A stretch of DNA of 64,000 nt from Lingula anatina (Eukaryota; Animalia; Brachiopoda): the NCBI GenBank assembly GCA_051362555.1, contig CM120641.1, positions 21,328,001 through 21,392,000 on the forward strand, read 5' to 3'. This document shows, piece by piece, positions 26,348 to 38,200 of the stretch. Position numbers and translations under genes: made by a program. Every line of letters starts with the position of its first letter. The stretch's first letter is position 1. The notes under the pieces were generated by a model that worked only from the letters and a program-made list of their open reading frames with translations, made no database searches and had not been told where the DNA came from.

Positions 26348-28237
26348 CTTGTTTTTTATTGTTGACCTCTTGGCTGCAGTGACAAAGATTTTATTGCTAC
26401 TTGAAAATGATGTCCTCCAAAAGACATCTTAGTTATTTTCTTCTGATGATATTTCCTAAAAGAAGATCAAAACAATATTTCTCTGCTGAAAAATGCTGCT
26501 TTTGCAGCAGCAAATCATTAATGTTTGCTAAAAATGCATCATTGAACAAAGAAAGGATTTCTGAGTATTTGCCTTCTGTATAAAACTTATTCTAAAAACA
26601 GCAGTTACTAAGTAAAGAATTCCCTTTTGACTGAGAACTAATTCAACAGATAAATGTCCAAATGTGGGAGGGAATCAGTCTTGTTAAGTGCTAGGCTGTA
26701 AACACTCCCACTAAAAACTGTCATCTATCACATAAAATAAATGTCTTTGCTGTTGAGAAACAATTGGTGTAGGGTGCTAACGAATATATTCCAAGACTTT
26801 GAAGTTAAGCAGGTGCTTGGGGCCCATGGCATAATGTAATTTATTACCTTGACATTGTTTAGCAATATTATACAAAAAAGTGGTCTTTGTTGTTACTAGT
26901 ACTTGTTGTGGTTCTTCTCAACTGAACGAAAAATTTCTCTCTTACAGACTTACTCCCATTTAATGTTCTTATATTCCCTTGTGTGCCAAGCAACAAAAAG
27001 CTCAATTAGGTGCCTTCTAGCTGCCCTTTCTGTGGAGAGTGGAGAGCAATACCAGGCAATTCCAAACTCTATCACAGGCCACACGCTAATGAAAAAGCAT
27101 GCATTTGGAAATGGTGTACTCCTTAATGCACTACTAGTAATTTGCCAAAGAATTAAAGGCCTTTTCACATAAAGTGTTAAATCTCAGCAGTGCAGAGATA
27201 CAGTTATACTGATATATTTTAAAAGAATATCAACATACCAAGAACCCTGGCCTTTACATGAGATTGTCACCTAACCCCCCTCCCCCAAAGCTACAAAAAA
27301 AAAACAAAAAAACGTCAGATATGAGATAAAGCACTCAATGTGAAAAGACCTTTAGCCTCCATTTCATTAAAGATTTGATAACATGGCAAGGTGACACAAT
27401 AATGGAAATAATGAAGGGAAGATCATCTGAATCGCTTGGCCAATGCATGATATTAAACAGATTTTTGGAGGTCCTCAAGCAAAGACTCAGCTGAAGGCAC
27501 TAAATATCACTGTTCCAATTTTTTCTGTATCTAGCACATCTATTTCCATTTTCATATTTACTGATAGTGTTAGAGTCAGAGCAGAAGCCATTTAGATAAT
27601 AAGAAAACTGCACTTGCAAGAGATAGTGTTATTGATGATGGGTTTGATGGATGCTACAATTTGGTGGTGGCATTTAAACAGGCAATATTGTAATAATAAG
27701 AGGATGTATTTGTCAAAGCTTGTCACAAGCCAAGACAAGAAACCTTTCACTTTTTATCAGGATGCAACAAATGGAGATAAGAGGCAAGGAGAAAAAGTAA
27801 GATGTTCTCACCAGAAGTGGGATGGAAACTGTAAAACTTAAGCACAATGAATATAATAATGTGAACAAGAGTAATAGAGGCTGACTTTTCAAGGTAAAAT
27901 AAAGAATGCTCTGATATAAAATGTCATCACAGAGTTCTAATTTTAAAAGAAAACCCCAATGTGCATTTCATTTAATGTGCATGTACATATGTATATCCAA
28001 TGTGCATTAAATTAGAAAAAACATCCTCTTCAAACAACATCCACCTCAACTAGTTTTAAGGTAAAAAAAAATTGATAGACACCATTCCCAAACGAAAGTA
28101 CAGGTACTGAGTAGGAGTACCAGTACATATTCGTTCATATACATGTATATTATACAACTGTACAATGAAAGATTTGTGCATGAAAAAGGGACATGCCTAT
28201 TATAAGTCCCATTCACTGCAAACCAATCTTGACTCAC

Positions 28238-28933
28238 CATCAAAATGAACGAAGTGAACACAGTTTGGCTCAAACATTACATTTCTAAATCATGTAAATC
28301 CGTCAGACGCCGTCAGAGTGGTAAGGGTTGTCCGTTTACAGGTCGACAACAGACATCACATCATTCGCGATTCACTGCAGCCATTGCAGATGAGCTTTTA
28401 GTGCAGAACGATCCGTCATTATTTGCCAATAACAATAACTATTAACGTTACACTGGACTACAGACAAGCGTAATACCGAATGCAGGAAGAAATGAAATTT
28501 CTTTCTAAAGTTTGGTTATATTTACAAGGAATTGAAGTTAATAAACACATGCAACTTTGATTCAAATGAACGCGATTCATTCAACGAACCTGTCTTCTAT
28601 CTCCATGCGAGTAAAGAAGAACACCAGAGAGCCCCTGACGATTTTTCTTTTGTAGAATTTGTTTTAAAAATACATTTTGTCCCAAACTTGTTTTATTCTG
28701 ACCTCTGGCCTGTGGGAAACACCGCCTCCGTATTGTGAAATACGTCATCAATCCATGAGTAGGCTATAACGGTGACGTTTATCGCAATCGATGTGGCAGG
28801 GAAATTTGTTTCAATGCATCTCACATCGATTTAGTGTTCTTTGGCATAGTTTAGACTGTAAAACCCTTATTTTGGTTTAGTTTAACAGATGCATCTGCAA
28901 TATATCTCAGTTTGACCATTAGAATTACCAACA
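28238..28933. promoter_or_regulatory. Putative bidirectional promoter / CpG-rich region between the PRUNE2-like gene (-) and MAN2A1 (+)
   Basis: There is a local CpG excess at 28245-28830 in an otherwise CpG-poor background. A minus-strand donor ATG|gtgagt at 28238 suggests a 5'UTR exon of the PRUNE gene. CRE-like cores TACGTCA (28741) and TGACGT (28773) are present. The MAN2A1 ATG is at 28934. Confidence 0.6.
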
Positions 28934-29217
28934 ATGAAGAAGTATATGGCATTGATGGGTGCTGCCATGTTCGGGGTGGTCTGTTTCTCCTTGTATTTGA
29001 TGATGGAAAGTGCCAGCATGAATCAATCAAGATACACAGATCTAGGAAAGGTAAAATCTACGGCATTTTGACATGGGTTTTCAGCTTTCGTCATCTAACA
29101 ATAATACTTAAGTCCGTGTTTACAAATGAGGTGTGTGTGTGTGAGAGAGAGATCGAGAGAGGTGTGGGTGAGGGGTCCAAGTCGGGGGGAGGATAAGGTG
29201 TGTACCGTAGGTGTGTT

Positions 29218-29250
<33 letters not shown>

Positions 29251-32200
29251 GAAAAGTGGGGGCTGGCCAATGGCTGCACCGTGGAGATGAGTTGATTTGA
29301 TTCATGGCAGCCCGTGTTCCATGGCAATGCAGAGGGGAGTGGATTGCCAATTAGTGCATGCAGAATAGCATTAATTTTATAGGTGTCACTGAGAGGTGGA
29401 TGCTTATCTGTCACAGTAAATTGCCTAGAGATACAAGATTATGTACGTGAAATCCCATTCACTGTGATAGAAATCATCACCATGCATCTGTAAATTATAG
29501 TCACAGAGGCACCATGCATATTTGTCATGACTGCAATATTTTGAATTAGAAATTACCTTTACAAAAAGTCAATTGCTACATTAACAATAATTGACTATTT
29601 TCCCATGAGTTAGTTCAACATCAAACCAATGGCTGTTTTTGAAATGCATTGGTTGCCATAAGGCTTGTTTTGCTTTTTTTTTTATGAACTTGAGGGGGGG
29701 GGGGGGGCGCAGATAAATATATGTCGGGTTTTTGACCAGAAATTTGAAGGTCTAGTTTTAAAGCTATTTTTTGGCTCACTGAGTGATTTAATTGGTTTAT
29801 TCTTTGGCTCTTTTGCATGTTGACTTTATTTTAGTAATTTACTAGTAAGCGACCAATGAAAGTTGTTTATGTGTGTTACAGGGAATCTATCCTCGTTTCA
29901 TATGAAACTAGCTGAAGCTAATTCAACTTTAATTTTGGTATTGGTGCCTAATTGATATTGATGCAAATGTTTTCCTTTAAGCAAATTGTTATTTTACATT
30001 TTAATTGCTTGGAAACTATAGTGGCATGAAATACAAAAGTAGGTGCTGTATGGAAGTTATATTAGTATACACATTTTGATTTATTTCTTAAAAGACTGTA
30101 TGCAAAATTATTGAAAAGGAAAAATTCAGTTATGAAATAGAGAACTAAGTCTTCAAGGCACAGATAAGGCATATTATAAGATGTATTTAAATGCTTTCAA
30201 GCTTTGAAAAGTTTTTGATGATGTTCTGCATGTACTTCAGGATGAAGTAGATGTAATTGATTCTAAAATTCACCAGATTGAAGCAGATCTACAGAAAAAC
30301 CACAAGGTAAATATAGGAGATTTTTTATTTGTATTAAATTAACAAATTTCTATTTTTGATTTTGTTGGCGGAATGGTGGTTTGAAAAAAAATTTGCTGCA
30401 ATTAATTGTGTACAAGGAATGTTTCTAATCATACGGTAATGTGCCATGAATTTCGAACAGTAAAAAATAATTAAATTTGGGAAAAGATCGTTCTGGCCGA
30501 AATTCATGAAATGGAGATGCTCAGAACTTCCGAAAGTTCGAATTTCATGGAATTCTGTCAATTTTGACCGGAAGTTGTCTGTTCATCGCTAGGCTTTCTG
30601 TTATCTTCTCCCGACGATCTATTTAGAGTTACCATAATGTATGATGTGTGAGTGTCGGTAATTACGACCAAAGGTATACACGTACTTTCACCCGATCACT
30701 GTGTATGGCCCATAGATAGAGCGGTAATGTTGTCTAGGGCCGCAAAACAGTATCGTTATCAGTAGTGTCGTTTTTCAAAAGCGATTCTGGCAGCCAGAAA
30801 CAAGTGTCGTTTTTCAAAAACGATCCTGGCGCTCAGAACGGGAGTTGACGGAGGGAGAGACGGCCGACGATTAGCGTCTGCCACGGCCAGATAACCTTTA
30901 CTATGGAAGCTTAGTGTTACCGTTGCTCCTTTCCGTGCACTGAAACCGAGACGACAGCCGATCAGTGTCTATGGCGCACGTGCAGGTAGCCTTCATCTGC
31001 GATAAGTGTCTTCCGCGACCAGGTTCGTTGCCTTTACTGTTAAAGTCGGGCGGAGCGAATGCGTCCTCATCTCGCCGTTCGCGGGTCGGTGTCTCCGACG
31101 CATACGTAGCCTTCCCTGCAGAAGCCGGCCTCGACACTACGGCCTCTCCTCCGTGCGGGGAGGCCACTACGACCGCAGATCGGTATGTGCGGCGCACAGG
31201 TAGCCTTCGCCACGGCAGCCGAACTGTGTATTACGTTCTCTCTCCGTCGTGCGCTGCGACCAAGATGACTGCTGATTGTTGTCTGCGATGAAATATACTA
31301 GGTTTGGGGGGGGGGGGGGGCGTTTTTTTTTTTTTTCGCTCAGGCAACCCAATCTTAACCAGCAGCAGCAACTGATTTCCTGGCGCATAGTTGCGTCAAT
31401 GTACGCATTTGAAAAGCGTGTACGTTTTGTCATTGAAACCATCTTCAAACAAACGCGAGAGATAGGTAATCTAGAGTAAACCGAAAAGGCAGTTTTTATA
31501 TTCGTTCAAGGGACTGGAAGATCGTCAATGGGAGATAGTGAGCGATCTGAGCGCGACAATAAGCCAATTTCCACACTAGTTCAAGGGACTTCGTTACTAT
31601 ATTCGTCAGCAAGAGATCGTCAGCGATCCGAGCAAGCATAGAAGCTTGGACTTTTTGTCCATGCTAGAAGGCAATTTTCATGTAATCAGCAGGATATGGT
31701 TTGCTGGTTTGCGACAGGGGCGTAACCAGGCATACGCACGGATACACTGTGCGTATATAATTTCTTGGCCAACCATGATATTATTCTCTATAAATCTAGT
31801 GTACTTTTCAAGGAATATTATCGAAAATCCCCTTCGATTATAAGTTAATGGCACCTGAATGTACAAATTCTCTGTATAATTTATATATGCACCATTGTTC
31901 TGACACCCTTATCGTTTGCTTTCACAGAACTGAGGTAAACAATACTAGTTACCATCTGAAGTCCGATCTTAATCGTCCATCTAGCTGGAACTTGCTTTAC
32001 CTCTTAATTAGAGGGTAAAGTGCCCTTCAGCTCACAGGTAGCTTTTGTCTTGAGTGTATCGAACGCGATATTTATCTCAGATAAAAATCTACCTGTGTGT
32101 TATTTTCAAAGAGCTGCTCCAGCAGACCTGGGGGCACTAGATAAATCTGATCATCGGGCTAAACAAGGAGCCAGAGAAACAAAGGAAGATTGATTTTTCC

Positions 32201-35200
32201 TGCAAAGTTTCAAAGAATTTTGACACGGACTTGATCCAGCATAACCCTCCAAACTAACGGGGTGGTATGGGCAATTTTTACAAAATTTACAAACAATTAA
32301 ACTTAGATATATTACAATTTTATCCTTTAATATAATTTTGGGAGGCATGCACCCGCATGTAAGCTGGGTGATGTCAGTAAGCCCCTAGTTAAATAAACAT
32401 ACCCGTATGAGCAAGGCTTTTCCCAGCGAACCGTCCAGCCGTCATTTGGACGGCCGCTGACATCACCGGACGGCCTATATTTTCAAAGACGGCTGGACGG
32501 CTTGCGACTTTTTTTTAATGACGTCTTGGCTTGTCGGGACAGCCGTGGACGTTGTAAGAAATTTTCTTAGAGTAATTTGACGTACCTAGCTTTTATGATG
32601 CGTCAGAGATGAATGGTACTACTTTGTAGTGTACGCTGATATTCAGTCACGACGAAACTACTTCCTAAAGCTTACAAAACACAATAAAATGTTTCTATGA
32701 ACTTTAAGATACACATTCCACGCCGTATGCAGCAGTGACAAGAGTGACCTTCATGCGGTACAAAACACTAAGCAAACTACAGGCCAATTTGTGAAAGGGG
32801 ACACCTTCCGGACCTTCATACGCACGGCAACTGACAAAGCTGATTGACAAAAAGGAAAATTTCAAATTTTCAGCGAGAGATCGTTCGCAATCCGAGAGAG
32901 ACCAGGAGGCAATTTTCATATTTGTTAAAGAGACTTCGTAAGCCAAAGGGTGAGACGAGAACGCAATTTTCGTATCGTCAGCGTCGCAATCCGAGTGAAA
33001 CGAGAAAGCTCATACTCGTTCAGTGGCTTTCGTTTGCGGAAGATCGTCAGCCGGAGATCGTTCTCGATTGTTTTTAACCCTCCATCCCTCCCCATTGGAA
33101 TTTATAATTTTTAAAAATATTTTTCATTTCATTTGTACATTTCAAGGGACTTCATTACCGGAAGATCGTCAGCGGGAGATCGTGAACGATCTGAGCGAGA
33201 CAAGAAAGCAATAATGGTTATCTTTATTGCAGCTCTTAATATTGCTCTTTTGTTCTGTTACTGAAGTCTCTACTGTTAACAATGCTATTGTGCGCCTAAG
33301 CAAAACTACCGATCGCTATCTCACACCGAATACTGCGGTAAAGAAACAACAGCCCGACAGTACAACTCTTAATAGATTCTCCTGTTATCTGAATGAATAG
33401 ATATGACGATGTTGTTTAACGTCCTAAACTAACTGTACTGATCGTTATCTTGCACCTTGGTCCGCACACGTAGTACTCAGGTAAAGGTACGCTAGGGCAA
33501 CATTGCCGACTGTTAGATCTTTATAAGCGCGAGAATAGCCCGGTGGCCGATTTTAAGGTGTACGAAATTCACGAAATCAAGATCGCGCAAAATTGCTTAC
33601 TGGCCGAAATTCATGGTCCAGAAAAAACTCCAGACGGCCGATTTTAAGATCGTTCGAAATTCAAGAGCCGTTCGAAATTCATGGCACTTTACCGTAAGCT
33701 TGGATATTTATTATTTTTATCTGCTTTTTGGACATAATATGTGTTTTTAATTTTAGATCATTTTGTGCCTTTTGAAGCCTACTTAATATTAAAGATGAAT
33801 TCTGGTGATTTTTAAAAAAATTTTATTTATAAAAAAAACTCCTTTTTGTACTAAAATTAACATAAAATGTTATCAGTTAGCAAAACAATACTTTGATTTT
33901 ATGTTTAAGTCAATTGATGTAATAAAGGAAGTGGTAGGACAGCTGGCGCAAGGAGATAGTAGAGCTCTAGAAAAACTGAAGAATGCCCTTGATATCGAAG
34001 TCCATGGCGATGCACCAGTGCCTTCTAGGATAAAACCAAACATCACAGCAATCTCCAGAAATGTGGTCCGAGTTCCAGAAGGGATGTGCAGTTTTGCAGA
34101 AACACCTCCAGCTGGCACTGATGTACAGGTAAAGGATATCGGTTGAGTCAGAGATTTAATAATTTTTTTTTTCACACAAATAAAGATAATAATGATAATG
34201 CATATAACAACATGCCAGCATAATTGCATTTTATTCTTCTTCAGTTCCCAAAAAGTGGGCATTCCTCTTTAAAGTCATCTTTTTTGTACCCAGGAGGTGT
34301 TTCATAATCTAACCAGGTGTAATTAGATACAAGTAATACAATATTGATTTATGAATAGCATAAGATTTGTGAGACATGAATTAAAGGAAGATAATGATTA
34401 ATTTAATATCCCCTTTTCTTATTAAGCATTAGTTTGATGTGTGAATTTTTCACCTGGGAAATTGAACCCATATTGTTATTTCGTCATTCATGTTCATATA
34501 TTTCCTGGAATCTTACAGTTCATACTGCAAAAAAAAAAAAGTTGCCAGCATCATTCCTGTCAATGTGTTTAGTTCTCTTGTTTATCATGAAGCAAATAAT
34601 GCAATAAAAATGCCTTAAAAATAAAAAAAAGCAGTAACAGAATTACAGGCATGTATCTAATGTGTGATATGTATAGTTGCACTGTAAAATGAGGGCATTC
34701 AGTAGCTTAGCCACTGGGTCGAACTTTAAGAGCTCAATTGGGATGAAAAAAAAACAAGGTAAGAAGTTATTCTATACAAAGAAAATATTTTAAAAAATGT
34801 CAAAACTCACCTACATATTCAACACACTTCTAGTTTGGTGGGGAGTCCCCATCCCACATGTTGCTGGGAACGTTACAAGAGTACTCCGTGTATTCTATTT
34901 TAATTTTATTGTATTGTTTTATGGTTTTGTTTCAGATGTTGAATGTGTTTGATCTTATTCCCTTTGATAATCCAAATGGAGGTGTGTGGAAGCAGGGGTT
35001 CCCTATCTCCTATGATGTCAGCACCTGGCAAGACAAGCCTCTCAAAGTCATCCTTGTACCACACTCTCACTGTGATCCAGGTACGCTTTAGCCCAGTTCA
35101 CATCAGGGTTAACTAAGCAAGATAAAACATTTTCTTTTCATTCCAGAGAAGGTACCTTTGTGTAGTAAAACCGGTAATGTGATTTTTAATTGAATTTATT

Positions 35201-38200
35201 TGTTATGCATTATGGCAAATTTATGGGTATACAGTGTAGAAATTTTTGATTCGATCTTTACCTTTATGTAAGATTTGAATATTTAATGAGTTATAGCTAC
35301 ATTATGAAAAAAAATTAACTTTTAAATTGAAATAATTTGGGAAACGAGGTAAGATTTACTAGCTTTCGTATCAAGAGGGGTAGATATTTACATATATTTT
35401 CTAGAACATCATTATGAATATTTTAGGTTGGATCAAAACATTTGAAGCTTATTACCGTGACCAAGTTAGGCATATCCTGAACAACATGGTGACCAAACTT
35501 GAAGCCGACTCATCAAGAAAATTTATGTATGCGGAAATTTCATTTTTCTCAAGATGGTGGCAAGATCTGGATGAAAGTATGAAGGGCAGAGTAAGACGGT
35601 AGGCTTATGATTGTTAATCATTCATTTATATTGCTAAACAGATGATTTTATACTTACTGTATTATCAGTCATTGATTCAATTCCCAACAGAAGCGGAGGT
35701 TGTTAGATACAGACATTTTGAAGATGCTCCCAGAGGTGTGTGTGATATGCATTAGTGCAAAGCAGAAGTGGCTAACACATAGACCTTGTTGATGAGTGGT
35801 GTATCAGAATTATACTTCAGTGGATATTAAGAACATAAGACCAAGGCATGGTCTAACAGCTGGCAATTATGTGTGCCATGCCTGCATGCAAGATGCACCA
35901 TGCCTGGATTGGTAGTTCTCAACATCTTCTATGGTATTATTTAATACACATTGTATTTGTGGGTTAATCATCACATTTCATTATATTTTCATACTAATGA
36001 AGTGCACAATTGGCATTTGCTGAATGGCTAATAGATACAAATACATTTAGTGTAATATGATTTACCTGGCAAGAATTGATACAAAACGGAAATAAAAAGG
36101 TGACTTGTTCGTGGTACATCTGATATATTGATCAGTCATTATTTAATGCTTTTACACTCTGAAATTCATGACTTCTGGTATTTTGTAGCTTGGTGAAGAG
36201 TGGTCAGTTTGAGATAGTGACCGGTGGCTGGGTAATGAATGATGAGGCGGTCTCACACTACTCGGCCATGATTGACCAGATGATAGAGGGTCACCAGTGG
36301 CTGGAACATGAACTAGGTGGGTGTGGAAATTTTTATTTCTGGCTTTTATAAGATCAACAGAAGACCAGCATTACACATAAAATGGTTCTTCAAGTAATTT
36401 GCCTTGTCTGAAAAATGTTAATATATTTTATTTTTTATGCTAATTGTCATTATTTTGACTACAAACAAATTGTAAAAGGTACAACAAGAACCACAGGTAA
36501 CAACATTGTACAAATAAACAGGTTGTATTATTAGATAAAGTAATATTTGATTGCAGTGTATACACGTGATTATACTGTTACCTCTATTACCTCATCCCTT
36601 CTTTTAAATATATAATCTAGGTTCAATTATGTTATTGTACCACCAGCGTAGGCGCTGGCGGTACACATGGTTTTAGTCCCGACCCGTATGTTCCGCCGGC
36701 TCCGCCGGCTCCGCCGGCTCCTGCGGCTCCGCCGGCTCCTGCGGCTCCGCCGCCAAGTCACCGTTACCGCTTCTCCTCCTAGACGGTAAGGGCCTCCATA
36801 CCCATCTCTTGGATTTAGGTCACCTATAATCTCAACTCGTTCCACGTAAAATTTGGGCTTTGTCGGTATTGGGGTCTAGGTGTGGCACTCATTGCAATGC
36901 ACCCTTGTCCAAAAATGGCAAAATTAAATGCTAATTATCTCCCCTACAGAAGGAATTATGGGAAAAATTTCTACAGACAGCTTTCCAAAAGTCATATGTG
37001 TAGATTTCAAATATGCCCTTGGATTTGACCTTTGACCTTTATTTCAAGGTCAAATGGGCCAAAATTTTCAAAAAAACAAAATTTTTGCCGAAAAAAAAAT
37101 TATTTGCGGTCTTATTCAGACACCACACAGACTTAACTAATAATATTAATGGAAAGTGTTACCCTTCAGGTCATCTTTCATCTCCGTGAATTTGGGGTCA
37201 ATCGGTGCATTTTCACGGGAGTAGCGGCCATAAGATATCGAAACTGAAAACTGTCTCTAATTCGGGAACCGTTAATGCTAGACACCCATTCTTTTTTGCA
37301 TTTTGTAGAGCATGTAAAGCCCAACACTGTAGGTGGTCTCCGTTTTTTTGTATTCCATACGGTTTTCGAGTTACGCTGTATCAAAAAGTACATATTGGTG
37401 GTGAAAGCAAAATGTGCAGTACGGTAATGGATAATAAATTTTGAACTCCGGAAAAATAAAACATAAGGCTTGGCAAAGCAGACAACTTGTGGTCAAAAAT
37501 GACATTATTTCATCAAATTTGAACATCTGGAACTTCAGAGCACCTCCCATTTCAAGAATTTTGACCAAAATGACCTTTTCTTTATTTTAATTAATTTTTT
37601 CTGTAGGAAATTTATGGCACATTATGGTAACTCCAAAATTATAACATTTTTTCCCTTATATCTCCAAAACTGGCAGAGATAGGTCCATAGTTACTATTGA
37701 ACTTGAATAGGAAGTCATACACTGGCAATCTAAATGTGACCTTAAAATTGACCTTTGACCTACTTTTCACCATGAACTGAACTTTGCAAATTTTGATTCC
37801 TTTTTATCTCCAAAACTGGCAGAGATAGGTCCATAGTTTCTATTGAACTTGAATAGGAAGTCATATACTGGCAATCTAAATGTGACCTTAAAATTGACCT
37901 TTGACCTACTTTTCACCATGAACTGAACTTTGCAAATTTTGCTTCCCTTTTATCTCCAAAACTGGCAGAGATAGGTCCATAGTTACTATTGAAGTTGAAT
38001 AGGAAGTCATATACTGGCAATCTACATGTGACCTTAAAATTGACCTTTGACCTACTTTTTTTACCATGAACTGAACTTTGCAAATTTTGATTCCCTTTTA
38101 TCTCTAAAACTGGCAGAGATAGGTCCATAGTCTCTATTGAAGTTGAATAGGAAGTCATATACTGGCAATCTAAAAGTGACCTTAAAATTGACCTTTGACC

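Noticed and set aside
30426-30436. IS3EU assignment for the 3.3-kb element because it also starts TACGG
   Set aside because: The flanks (TAATCA versus AGCTTG) show no 6-bp TSD. A TA duplication fits better.
30901-31291. GC-rich ORFs with FICDKC (PHD/zinc-finger-like)
   Set aside because: Only a single CxxC is present, without the remaining ligands. Overlapping ORFs on both strands are expected from the GC content.
35059-35080. HSHCDPG instead of HSHNDPG in mannosidase II
   Set aside because: The zinc ligands (His, Asp) and the other catalytic motifs are intact, so this is not evidence of inactivation.
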